Of a DNA stretch of 64,000 bases, positions 35,867-48,005 are shown piece by piece; the stretch's first letter is position 1; each line of letters opens with the position of its first letter. Below the pieces are notes generated by a model. It did no database searches, was not told the DNA's origin, and worked only from the letters and a program-made list of their open reading frames with translations. The stretch is from Selaginella moellendorffii (lineage: Eukaryota > Plantae > Lycopodiophyta). The position numbers were made by a program, and so were the translations under genes. The stretch is taken from contig NW_003314280.1 of NCBI RefSeq assembly GCF_000143415.4, positions 1,843,549-1,907,548 of the forward strand, read 5' to 3'.

Positions 35867-37649
35867 AGGTAGAACATATCATAAGAAAACGCCTGGGTTT
35901 TTACTGGTAAGTCTAGTTTACATACTTTATGTATGCCCTAGAATACTTCCGACTAGTGTGGAAATTGTGATTTATGCAAGTATTTCCTCTAAATTTCTTG
36001 CATTGTGACACTTCTTTTGAATGTGTGATGCCAAAGCTACTGAAGCTGCCATATGGCATCTGAGTGCCAAACCTGCCAGTCTTGCTAAAAGGTTATTGCA
36101 AACTCCACATGTCTTAACACTGGGGTATAGTTTGTTAACTTTATCTTTTGCACAGCATCATATCAATAGGGAAGCTTAACTAAGCTCTCTTCTCTAAGCC
36201 ATGCAGTGAGTCATGCTTGGTGGCTACTACACCTGCCTGGAGCACATGTTTGGGAGTAACAGATCGTCCACAATGTGCAAGGAAGATGCTGGAGGGAGAT
36301 GGTGCATGTATAATGGCTCTGGGAGATGATTGACAAGATAAAGATGAAGGCATCTTACCTAATGCCATTACTTACAACATGCTCCTTCACCTCCATGAAG
36401 CACTTTTACTGCTCCAATATTCCGTCAATAACAAATGACCCTTTCTCCATCAGAGAAACACTTGAGATCGTCCCTTGGTGGAGATCAGGCTAAACAGAGT
36501 CTCCAAAACGCTTACAAGAAACTCCAGATTTCCAAGTTCTAGATGTAAGGAAGAACATAAGCTTGACCACTCTTTTTCTCAGTTCCTTACCCTAAGTTTA
36601 TGTTACCTTTTACTCACGTTGACCACGTGGTCAAAGTTAAGTTAAGCTTAAGAAAGTATAAAACACAGACGAAAGACAGGACTCCCATGCACCCAGATAT
36701 CTACTAAATATCCCACCTTCCTCCAAGAAATGTAGAAGTGGCTACAATAAGAGAGCCCAGGCAAATCCAAAGCTACCCAACTTGCTTGTTGGTTGGAAAG
36801 GTCAATTGATTAAGTTGAGAGCCCCATTCCTTCTTGTGCTACACAAAAGAAATCCCACACAAAAGGTGATAATGACGTGTGTTTAGAGGGGAGGGGACGA
36901 CTTGGGGCCACCATGTTTCCATTGGCTGGCCATAAGCCAACCTAGAACTGGCAAAATGGGGGCTCCAAAGTGCCAGGCAAGGCAGAATTGTGCCTGATTG
37001 TCCAACCCTCACACAGATAGGAAAGAGACCAAAAACACTCCTTTATTAATTAGATTTGGTCAGGTTGTTGTCATTAGGTTGTGAGCCACTCTCTTTTGCT
37101 TTAGAATTTTCCCTCAAACCCTCCCAATCTTCTTAAGAGAATAGTATGTAACTCCTCAAAAACACTTTTAAATTTAAGATCATTATCCCAAGGTCATTGT
37201 GTTGCCATTAGCTGGCTGTAAGATGCTCACACACAGGCTCCAAGGCCACTATATTGCCATTAACAAGCCCTCTAGAAAACACTTTCCATTCTAAATTTTA
37301 TGAGATCATTATTAAATGCTATTAAACAAGCCCAGCAACTTAGAGCATGTCACATTTAAGTTTCTATAAGCTTTTCCCAACTAGAAACATAAATTATACT
37401 AAATTAATAATAGTATTTTATTTAAATCATATTTGGACAATTGACCATAGAATATTAAATCTAACAGACCTCATTGTTCAATAGTCCACTCAAAATGTTC
37501 TTTAACAAATTATTAAGTTTAAAATTCAACATCAATTATGAAATATACAACTAATAAGGCCAAGAGAAGTTCTCAAGGTTACATAGGAAGGAGGTTTTAT
37601 AGCATTTGCCCTTTATATATAAACTCAAAAAAAATCAAAATTAAAAATC

Positions 37650-38027
37650 ATGAAACTAAAGGCAATTTTATATTATTCTATCATGTTGATATCAATTTTC
37701 ATCCAAGAAGTTAAAGCCTATTCAGCATCAACAATCCAAGACTGCATTGATACCTTTAGTGTAGCAACTGATGCTGGAGATTATTGTAATTGTGCATCAG
37801 TAGTTTGGATTCAATTTGCTCAGAATGGTTTCCAACCTGGAACTTATACTGCTATTGTTGGTACTTTAGGTATCTTTTTAACAATTAACCATTTCCATGA
37901 GGGCACACATGATGACTTTATGAAAGCAATAGAAGATATATGGGAAATATGTTTATCTTACCATGATGTTGGAGGAGTGCTCATTCTTAGGAATGGATCT
38001 TTAATGATAAGGGTGATGCATGCTTGA
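37650..38027 (+). CDS. Small secreted Cys-containing protein, paralogue of 15-425; C-terminally shortened by a CGA>TGA change
   Basis: Signal peptide MKLKAILYYSIMLISIFIQEVKA; TATA-like tatatataaa ~35 bp upstream; homology to the paralogue continues past the stop to ~38110 (DELE...NLPNKCK). Confidence 0.75.
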   Translation: MKLKAILYYSIMLISIFIQEVKAYSASTIQDCIDTFSVATDAGDYCNCASVVWIQFAQNGFQPGTYTAIVGTLGIFLTINHFHEGTHDDFMKAIEDIWEICLSYHDVGGVLILRNGSLMIRVMHA

Positions 38028-38987
38028 GATGAGTTAGAAGAACTAAAAACTACTAAAGTAGAAGATACATTAATAAAGAATTTGCCTAATAAATGCAAGT
38101 ATATGTTATGAATATAAATATATATATAAATAAATAATTCTTCTATAAAATTTATGTGCATTTAAAATAATCCATCATTATAAATTTTAGATTTTTCTTT
38201 ATAATCTTTATATTGATCTTAAATACAATTATGGTAAGAAATCATTCATATAAAAAGAATATAGAAAAGTTTTTCAAAAATATAGAATTAATTTCATAAA
38301 ATTTATTTTAAGAAAATTCAGTAAATTTATATTAATATTTATTTGTATTATATATATATGATAATATTAGTATAAATATCTTATGTTCCTGGTATTTATA
38401 GCACATAAAAGATATATTTTATTTTATTTGTTATTTATATTAAATATATTTATATAATTATTTTTATACATAAAAGAAACTATATAATCAAGTTACAATA
38501 AATTAAAAATTATTATCAGCTTATCCTATCTAAGTTATTTTTGTATAGGTCAAATGTGAAAGACAAAAGAACTACTTCAATTTATATTTTTTGTGCTTAA
38601 TTATTAAACCAGACTCACCTTGATCCTAATAAGTATATTTTCAAAACAGGAAACATCAAATAAATCAAAGATAAAAATTCCTTTTATTTTTTAAACCTCT
38701 ATAATTTTCCAAAGTATAAATTATACCTTTTGTGTACTATCACAAGATTTCGAAAATAAGATTATTAATAAAAATAAAATGAAATATCATGAATTAAACT
38801 ACTTAAAAGGGGGAAATTATAATTTTGTTTATAGTAGAAAAAACTTGGTACAATTTAAATGCGAGTTAATAGATAAATTAAGATAATTAAATATGGGAGC
38901 GCCCCTGTTACGCATGAAATTCTCATTCATAGCTAGAAATGTAGGAGAGATCCAGTCTGCTGACTGAAAGAAAAGAAAGCCGTGTGA

Positions 38988-40645
38988 ATGATCCGGCGAA
39001 GGCTAGCAGCGAGAGCTCGCACGGCGCCACACGATGACAGCGATTTGATGCGCCTGGATCACCCGGGCCTCGTTTCTTTCCTGCAGTCCTGCGGTGCCAA
39101 ACGAGACTTGGAAGAGGGAAGGCGAGCTCACGCGTTCTTGGAGAGGAGCAATCGCGAGCCCAAGTTCATGAATCTCCTCGTCAAAATGTATGGTCGGTGT
39201 GGTAGAGTCGAGGAAGCCAGGTGCGTCTTTGCCAAGATCCCGGCGCCAAATCTTTACTCGTGGACCATGATTGTCACAGCATATGCCCAAAATGGGCATC
39301 CACACGAGGCGCTAGGGCTCTTGAGGAGAATGGATCTAAATGGGACGCCGCCGGACAAGGTCGTGCTCAGCATCGCGGTCACTGCCTGCGCCAGCATTTG
39401 CGCGCTCTCCCTCGGCAAGCAGATCCACCATCGCGTGGCGACCCTGGGCGTGATCGACGATTTCTTGCGCTCTTCCCTCATCAATCTCTATGGCACCTGT
39501 GGCGAGATCTCTCTGGCCAAGAGTGTGTTTGATTCCATGGCGGCAGGGGCCACAAATCTCGTGTGCTGGGCCACGATGATCAAGGCATTCGTTCGCTGCG
39601 GGCCATTCCTGGCAGGGATCGAGCTCTTCTGGGAGTGGTTTCCAGAGGGGTAAAATCCGACGCGGTGACACTCGTGAGCGCGGTGGATTGCTGCGCGGGA
39701 TTGGGCGATCTGCAGCAATCCCAGGCATTCCACGCGCGCGTCCTCGCGGTGGCGGGGATGGAATCCAACGAGTTCCTGGGCAGCGCGCTGCTGACTATGT
39801 TCGTCCGGTGCAAGGCCCTGGATAGAGCGCGCGCTACCTTCGAGGCCATGGAGGCCAAGAGCGTGGTGCCATGGACGGCCATGATCGCCGCCTACGCGCA
39901 GATCGCACGGCCCAGGGAGGCCTTCCGGTTGTTCCAGAGGATGGCCATGGAGGGCGTTCGTCCCAACGCGGTGACATTCCTTGGGATCCTCGAGGGATTC
40001 GCGACGCGCGCATCGTTCCACCACGGGCGATTGATCCACGCCTGCTTCGACGATGGCAGCGCGCCCATGGCCTTGGAATTCGCTCCACCATCCAGGATCA
40101 AGGTGAGCAACGCGATCCTCGACATGTACGCGCGATGCGGCAGCGTGGACGACGCCAGGGCCGTGTTTGATCGCATGGCATCCAGGACGAACATCTCGTG
40201 GACGTCGATGGTGGCGGCGTATGCCCAGAACGGGCATCCCAGCTTGGCGTTGGAGATCTCCCGGGAGATGGACCAGGTGGGTATGAGCAAGAACGCCATC
40301 ACCTTCATCACAATTCTCTCGGCGTGCAACCACGGGGGATTGCTGGAGGAGGGGATTCGCTTCCTTGCGGGCATGAGGCGCGATCACGGCGTGTTGCCCA
40401 GCAACGCTCACTACAGCTGCGTGATCGATCTGCTGGGCAAGGCTGGGAGACTGGAAGAGGCCGAGAGCATGATCACTGGGCTGGTTGAGAGGCCAGATGC
40501 TGGTTTGTGGAGGTCACTCCTTGGGAGTTGCAGGATTCATGGAGACGAAGAGAGAGCCGGACGAGCTGGGGAGGAGCTCAAGAAGCTGGAGCCATCCGAT
40601 GCTGCCCCATACGTTGTGAAAAAACTGTTTCTTCTTGAGACATAG
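38988..40645 (+). pseudogene. PLS-E class PPR gene split by a 1-bp frameshift near 39635
   Basis: ORFs 38988-39653 and 39563-40645 are consecutive PPR arrays; one added A (gag[A]tggtttccaga) restores ELFWEMVSRGVKSDAVT; E motif WRSLLGSCRIHGD. Confidence 0.85.
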
Positions 40646-41064
40646 TAACCCAATTTCTTTTTCATTTCCAGTTACCGAGTTTAAGAGATGCGAGGAGCCC
40701 GCCCTTCAAATGCGTCTCATTCAGCAGTGTCACATCCAGAATAAACCTTTTGAGAGCTCAGCTTCTTGTTTCCACATCATTGAATATTTCAGGGGATCCC
40801 AAACGCAGTAAAGGAGGAACATAGGGATACTTAGGGATACTGTGTTTTAACGTTTTTACTTCAAAGTGGAAAGTTTGACCAACCAAGACTTTTGTTATTA
40901 TGATGTGTTAATTTAGTTCGGTTCCATTAGCTATTTATGAAAACTTCCAGCATTTAAATTCATAATCTAGCAATATTTCATATTTAATAAATTTTCATGA
41001 TTGTCCCAAAGATTAATTTATAAGACTAAAAACTGGATAAAAAAGCCCTTCAATTGTACACATT

Positions 41065-41205
41065 TGCTGGGATGTCTATTTTAGACATATATCACCACCA
41101 TCAATGTCTAAGACATCTTTGTCTTGGATGGCATGCAATTTGGCCTTGGTGTTGTCTATGCTACTGCATTGCATGTACATGTTGAGGATCACATTGTTCA
41201 CATTG
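41065..41205 (-). pseudogene. CpG-depleted inverted copy of part of the adjacent PPR gene (40100-40243)
   Basis: Reverse complement gtgaacaatgtgatcctcaacatgtacatgcaatgcagtagc vs gtgagcaacgcgatcctcgacatgtacgcgcgatgcggcagc. Confidence 0.85.
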
Positions 41206-41299
41206 ATTGTCAACTACTCCACATTCCTTTCCTAATGTTTCTTTATTTATTTTTTCTTTTTTCACAATTGATTTTTCTTAATTTTTCTCATTTTCTTTT

Positions 41300-42280
41300 T
41301 CTTGCTTTGACATTTCAAACTTTTTTTTTTCTTTAGAGGAGGGGGTTAAGGGGACAAATGGGAGTTTAGCTATGATGATGGAGTAAAGATGAGCAAATAT
41401 AGTATTGGAATGAGGATAAATGACATGGATTATAAAGTGATGATGAGCATAACAAGTCTAAATGGAACATTTAACTTCGACATAATGAAGTTAAATGGAT
41501 GCAATAGTGAAGTAAAGCTAAATATAGATGGCAAAGTAAGGATAAGCATAAGGAATTTGAATAAAGTTAGTGCTTCAAAACTTTTTATCTTTTGAGAAGG
41601 GGATAAAAAGGAGTGAAAAAAAAATGGAGTGAGTTCAATTTCTTATATGCAATGTTAGATAAAGACAAAGAGGCAAGCTCTACTTATGGTCATGAGTCTA
41701 AGTTAACAACGATTTCAAAGAATTATCGGCAGACAAATTTAAACATAGGATGTATGATTTCATGGACTACATTAATTCTCAAAGTTCCTTATTTTGGTTC
41801 AAAATTATGATTTCGAGGTTGGTTTAAGCATTTAGCAACTACACATATAGTTACAATCGGTTTATCAGAATTTTACAGTCAATTATGCCATAGTATTGGG
41901 TTTTGTTTCAGTCATGGTTTTTATCAATTTTATTGATGGTTTTGTGGGAACTTTGGATTCTTATAGTAGTTTATAATTGCCAAGCAAAAGCTCTAGATGT
42001 TCCATTTGACTTATTGCCATCATCTTTTTCATCTTTCGGAAAGAAAGATGGTGTAAAGTTTGTATATATATGTATGTATATGTATGTGTATGTATATATA
42101 TGTATATATGTATATGTATGTATATATGTATATATGTATATATATGTGTATATATATATATTACCTTGGCTAAATAATACATTAATTATAGTACTATAGC
42201 ATATGGACTATCTATTTGAGATTGAATTTGGTCCATTCATTCTTGTATACAAGTAGGGTTAAAACCATAAAATATACCTA
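41300..42280. repeat. Dispersed AT-rich repeat, second member (see 23200-24180), with a (TA/TG)n microsatellite at 42061-42160
   Basis: Reverse-complement homology to 23200-24180. Confidence 0.75.
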
Positions 42281-42584
42281 TTTCTATATCTTGAGCATTC
42301 ACATATCTTAATAAATAAAAAATTAGTGTTGCTAAAAGAAAAATCATACTTTATACACTAAAGATGTTTAGAATTTATAGATTTGAAATGATCTCTAATT
42401 ATATTTATATGTTTTTATTTCTTTTATAATATATTAATAATAAAATATAATATTGAATTTATTTATGATGTTTATTCTATTATATGTACAAATGTCACAG
42501 ATTAATAGAAACACTATTTCTAATTATTTATTAAAATATAAAACTAGCTTTATACATTTGTAGTTTTTCTTCTCAATATTGAGT

Positions 42585-43472
42585 ATGAATTTATTTATGT
42601 TTCTAATTTTTTTATGCATTAAAACTAACAAAATTTTAAGCACTTATCAGTATTATGGCCAAAATGCTATGGAAATTGAAAGTGTTGATTTAGTTTTATA
42701 TGCAATGCAGTTAATGATTAATAATATATCTTATGAACCCTTACCTAAAGGTCAAGGTATGCGATTTGAATATCATATACAAGATAATACTCATGGTTCA
42801 CTATCTATTGCAAATCAATTATGGGTTTATGATAGTAAAGGAAAACAATATGATACATGTGCTGCAAACCCAAGTAATTATGAACAAGACCATGGAAAAA
42901 ATGTTCAAAATCGATTAAATTTTATATTAAATTTATATCGTTATGATATAAAAAGATTACGTGCAAATTATTTTCGAGCTGTTGTTGGTTATTATTGTGT
43001 TGAATATCTTGTAAAGAACTTTCGACAAGATTTACTCTTTCAAGATGTCTATAAAATAAATAATTTAATTGATTGTGATATAAAAATAACCACATTAATT
43101 AGTAATATGCCAGCTAACTCTCTTAAACCATCCCAATTTTTAACATCACCAAATAAAAAAGCTTTATTATACTTACATTTAAATTGTATTTTATCATTAT
43201 ATATACATAATGATTTAAAATGGTACAAAGGATTTCAGGGTTATCAAAATTGTTTATTTATTATAGAAGAAGATGGGCATATAGTATTATATTCTGAAAA
43301 TAAAAATATAATTTGGTCCCCAAAAATTAATTTTGATAGATCACATAATTATTTTATAAGATTTATTTCACTTCAGGATGATTGTAATTTAGTTCTTTAT
43401 GAATCTCACCAGAAATTTTTTTCAAAAAATCCAATAGTTGAACCAAAATGGGCTTCACAAACATATTGCTAA
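42585..43472 (+). CDS. Secreted protein: unknown ~155-aa domain + C-terminal bulb-type (GNA/B-) lectin domain, copy 1
   Basis: Hydrophobic N-terminus; NSLKPSQFLTSPN, IIEEDGHIVLY, SLQDDCNLVLY (QxDxNxVxY), PKWASQT; intronless, extremely AT-rich. Confidence 0.85.
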   Translation: MNLFMFLIFLCIKTNKILSTYQYYGQNAMEIESVDLVLYAMQLMINNISYEPLPKGQGMRFEYHIQDNTHGSLSIANQLWVYDSKGKQYDTCAANPSNYEQDHGKNVQNRLNFILNLYRYDIKRLRANYFRAVVGYYCVEYLVKNFRQDLLFQDVYKINNLIDCDIKITTLISNMPANSLKPSQFLTSPNKKALLYLHLNCILSLYIHNDLKWYKGFQGYQNCLFIIEEDGHIVLYSENKNIIWSPKINFDRSHNYFIRFISLQDDCNLVLYESHQKFFSKNPIVEPKWASQTYC

Positions 43473-44514
43473 TATACACTACTTTATATTATTACACATA
43501 TATATTAAATTAATAAATTTACAATAATGTCTATTATGTTCTAACTATATATACTGAATTCATGCCATAACTCAGGTTGTGGCATGCTAGCTACCACCTC
43601 TTGGCATGAAGGAATGATATGCTAGGCCATGGGCTATGCAAATGTGTTGGTAAACTAGGCTATTACTTTAATAATTGAATAATAATAATAATAAATCACT
43701 TAGTTTTGTCCATTAAAGTGTTGATCTAATTTTTGTGGGGACTCGGATCGTGGAACCTTGTTAATCCCCAGGTAGGCTGTTTCGACCAAAAGCCAGCTGA
43801 TCAGCTGATCAACCTGGCTATGATCGTCTAGCTGCAGTGGATCTTGCAGTTCTGTAGAAGAACCTGGCTTAAGAAGCTACTCTGCCAGCTTTCTCATCTC
43901 ATGCTGAAGCAATCAAGAATTAGTCCATCAACTCTGCTACCACCATCTCCACTTTCCACACTGAACTGTAAGGGACGAGCAACCAAAACCATTATGCCAC
44001 ACTAGTGAGAGAACATGATCATCGTCCCATCTGGATGTCTGTCTGCAAACGATGTATCCCAGGTAAGCGGGGTTGTCGGGCATATAAAGTCCAGCGGATC
44101 GAACTGCGCTCTCTTTTTTACACTGCCAGTGCCCAAGTCCAATCTTTGTGGCATAGTTAGCTCGTACTTGATCTACAGCGATAACCCTAATAGTAAAGAT
44201 TGATTAGTTCGTGCGTGTAGCAGACTTGTTCTTCACTTGTTTTTGTTTGCGTCATCAAGTTGAACTTGTTATAATCTCGTTTCCTCTCTCTTTCTCTCCC
44301 CTCACAGGATCTTAAGATCGATCAAATTTCTCTCCTAGGTATCCCTTTTCTCTTTTGTTGTATATCTTTGATCGTTTTGCTCACATTCCTAAAATCTGCT
44401 ATAGAGTGATGTGTCTTTGAAAATTGCCCCCGAGAACACATGACGCGAGCGCCGTCCCCTAGGCATTGTTCCTCCACAATTCATTGCGATCGGGAAGAGA
44501 AGGAACAGAAAGAG

Positions 44515-44971
44515 ATGGATCATCGACCGGTGCTCGCGCGCGTGTTGATGGTGGCGATGGTGACCATCGCAGCGGCGCCGCCTCTGATCCGCAGGATCGG
44601 CTCTCGAGCGATTTCTACTCCGCCAGCTGCCCCAACGTGGAATCCATCGTCACCACCACCATGAACAGGCTCTCGTCGGAAAACAACGTCGTCCCCATCG
44701 GGATGCTCCGATTGCTTCGTGGAGGTGACTCCCGATCGATCAATACAAATTCGAACTTTTCTTTGATCGAGCTCTTCTCTTTTGCGCAGGGATGCGACGC
44801 CTCGATCCTTCTCACAGGCCCGTCAACGGAGAGAGCTGCGATGGACAACCTGGATTTCCCCCAGAATCCTTCGACGCCATGGACGAGCTCAAGAAAACAA
44901 TGGAGGAATCGTGCCCGAGAGTCGTCTCGTGTGCCGACATCCTCGAGATGGGCACCCGCGACGCGGTCACC
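44515..44971 (+). pseudogene. Truncated class III peroxidase pseudogene
   Basis: Copy of exons 1-2 of 55942-57475 with small deletions/frameshifts; the distal RLFAHDC motif is deleted (atgctccgattgcttc). Confidence 0.9.
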
Positions 44972-45004
44972 AATGTCTCCCAATTTCCACGATTTGCACG
45001 ATTG

Positions 45005-46130
45005 TAGTGCCTCGTATTTCCTGGACATCTGGGTAAAAATCACTCTTTTGAGATTTCTTACTCTGTGGTGAAACTCCATGATCTCAGACTTAAGTTTTGC
45101 AGGAGAATACCTTGCACTCACAGGCTCGAAACTGGACAGCGCTGATATGCTAGCTTGTGGCATCGCTACGCATTTTGTCCCTTCAAAGGTGGTTTTCCGT
45201 TTTCTAATCTCTTCTTACATTTCAATCAAAAACTATTGCAGGATGTTCCGGAGCTTGAGAAGACTTTGCTGAATTTACAACCGGAAAGCTCAATACAGGA
45301 GGCTATCCAGGGATTTGCTAAGATGCCTGAAGCTGAAGCGAGCAGTGTCATGAAAAGGCAAAACTTTCCACGATGGAATTTTACGTATGAACTAACAAGC
45401 TTCCATGCTTTTCCAGGATGACTTGGATAAACAACTGCTTCTCGAAAGACCGAGTTGAAGAGATAATCGAGTCTCTGGTGAGTACCTGAGGCGTTTGCGT
45501 TGATTTCGTTCTTGATAAATCCCGCTTGTCAACCGTTTCACTAGGCCAGTACCAATGACGAATGGTGTAAAGAAACTGCGCGGTCACTGAGGCGCCTCTT
45601 GCCAATTGCACTCAAGCAAGCCTTAGCATCGGTTAGAAGAAAACTCTATCTCTCTCGCGCGTGCGCAACTTTTTTGCTGATTGTGTTTGGAATTGTCAAC
45701 ACAGATCCGCCAAGGCAGGACTCAGAGCTTGAAGAAATGCTTGGAAAGAGAGCAGCGGATTACTCTAAATTGCTTAAGGAGCCTAGTCTCGGATGATCTC
45801 TACGAAGTAAGGTCTTCGGTTTCCTGGTTCCATAAAAGTTCTTTCTGCTTCTTTCCGATTATGACTAGGGGATTAGAGCTGTGGTTGTGGATAAAGATCG
45901 CGCTCCAAAGGTTGGTTGTAACTTGGCTCTCAAACGTTAAGGTTAATTGGTGAAACTTTTGCAGTGGAATCCATCGACTCTTGCAGAAGTCACGGATGAC
46001 ATGGTAGAGATGATCTTGAACACCTACACTGCCAGGGAGCAAATTCAATTGCCTCTGGAAGACGAGGAAAGGTAAAGTAACTAAAATCTTTTGTCATCCC
46101 TTCAAACCCTTCATTTCAAGATGGAGTGGC
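45005..46130 (+). pseudogene. 5'-truncated, intron-containing 3-hydroxyisobutyryl-CoA hydrolase (HIBCH-like) fragment
   Basis: PGHLGEYLALTGSKLDSADMLACGIATHFVPS, WINNCFSKDRVEEII.SL, Q.LEEMLGKR / DDLYEG.RAV.VDKD..PKWNPSTLAEVT. Confidence 0.85.
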
Positions 46131-46658
46131 AAGTACTCGGCCTCAAACTCCCGCCATTTTCTTGTTTGAATTCAAAATAATCGCGAATATTCATGAGGCT
46201 TAGAGGCTTGGGGAAGAAACTCTCGAGGACGCACGGAACCAGAACCACTTCGATGGGAGATCAGCATGCATCTCGGCAGTGATCTCCGAGTGGTGGCGGA
46301 TGTCACTAGCGGCAATTCGTCTTCAGAGTTTGGATGGGTGGTGATCTTCCTCCTAAGAGCAGAACATGAGTATGACTCGAAGCAGGGTAGAGTTTTTTTC
46401 TCTCTTACCATTTGCATTCCAAAGAGCGCGATTCAGTAGCGTATTTATTATACTTATCCTGATCGACTTTTAGAGCTCTGCTGCTTGTGCTCCACAAATT
46501 AGTCCGTCACGCTCATCATCTGGATTGTTCCGAACATGCCATTGAGGTAGAGCGTAATCCTGGTGGAAGGAAGAACTTTAGACAAGCTAGAAAGATTAAC
46601 GAGAAAGAGTTGATTTGATGAACACTGAAATGATTCGAACATTGACAGACGGAAGGGT

Positions 46659-47825
46659 CTGGAATTCGCTCCACCATCCAGGATCAAGGTGAGCAACGCG
46701 ATCCTCGACATGTACGCGCGATGCGGCAGCGTGGACGACGCCAGGGCCGTGTTTGATCGCATGGCATCCAGGACGAACATCTCGTGGACGTCGATGGTGG
46801 CGGCGTATGCCCAGAACGGGCATCCCAGCTTGGCGTTGGAGATCTCCCGGGAGATGGACCAGGTGGGTATGAGCAAGAACGCCATCACCTTCATCACAAT
46901 TCTCTCGGCGTGCAACCACGGGGGATTGCTGGAGGAGGGGATTCGCTTCCTTGCGGGCATGAGGCGCGATCACGGCGTGTTGCCCAGGAACGCTCACTAC
47001 AGCTGCGTGATCGATCTGCTGGGCAAGGCTGGGAGACTGGAAGAGGCCGAGAGCATGATCGCTGGGCTGGTTGAGAGGCCAGATGCTGGTTTGTGGAGGT
47101 CACTCCTTGGGAGTTGCAGGATTCATGGAGATGAAGTGAGAGCCGGGCGAGCTGGGGAGGAGCTCAAGAAGCTGGAGCCATCTGATGCTGCCCCATACGT
47201 TGTGAAAAAACTGTTTCGTCTTGAGACATAGTAACCCAATTTCTTTTTCCTTTGCAGTTACCGAGTTTAAGAGATGCGAGGAGCCCACCCTTCAAATGCG
47301 TCTCATTCAGCAGTGTCAGATCCAGAATAAACCTTTTGAGAGCTCAGCTTCTTGTTTCCACATCATTAAATATTTCAAGGGATCCCAAACGCAGTAAAGG
47401 TGGGGATACTGTGTTTTAACATTTTACTTAAAAGGAAAACTAATAATACATTTGTGAATGGGATATGCAACATTTTGGAGAGTTTGACCAACCTTAGTCC
47501 ACCAAGACTTTTGTTATTATGATGTGTTAATTTAGTTCGGTTCCATTAGCTATTTATGAAAAGTTCCTGCATTTAAATTTACAATCTAGCAATATTTTAT
47601 ATTTAATAAATTCTCATGATTGTCCCAAAGATTAACTTATAAGACTGAAAACTGGATAAAAAAGCCCTTCAATTGTACACATTTGCTGGGATGTCTGTTT
47701 TAAACATATACCACCACCATCAATGTCTAAGAGATCTTTATCTTGGATGGCATGCAATTTGGCCTTGGTGTTGTCCATGCTACTGCATTGCATGTACATG
47801 TTGAGGATCACATTGTTCACATTGA
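46659..47825 (+). repeat. Segmental duplication of 40073-41205 (3' PPR fragment 46689-47231 + downstream flank)
   Basis: Near-identical from ggaattcgctccaccatccagg onward; lacks the PPR 5' part. Confidence 0.92.
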
Positions 47826-48005
47826 TCCTGGATGATGGAGCAAATTGGGTGTGCTACCATCATTGAAGTAGGCGTGCATCAATCACCCATGGTGGAATGA
47901 TACACATGTTACGAATCACCTCATTCCCCTGGAACTGCTGAAGGTATCCTAGGCCTTGTGATCTGTACATGGGTAGAGATCATGGTTTTCCATGGCACAC
48001 CGCTC
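47686..48005 (-). pseudogene. Longer CpG-depleted inverted PPR copy (matches ~39860-40243)
   Basis: Reverse complement gattcgtaacatgtgtatcattccaccatgggtgattgatgcac vs gattcgcgacgcgcgcatcgttccaccacgggcgattgatccac. Confidence 0.85.

Larger units (their letters stand above)
42305..44971 (+). repeat. Segmental duplication, direct copy of ~53730-56417 (lectin gene + spacer + peroxidase 5' half)
   Basis: Near-identical sequence from aattagtgttgctaaaagaaaaatcatac to cgcggtcacc. Confidence 0.92.

Noticed and set aside
36050-37350. Possible P-type PPR scrap (GILPNAITYNMLL) and a possible solo LTR
   Set aside because: Too short or decayed; no termini or TSD could be fixed
43700-44210. Coding-like minus-strand segment duplicated at ~55110-55600
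   Set aside because: Copies differ by many indels and no family is recognisable; probably a pseudogene scrap
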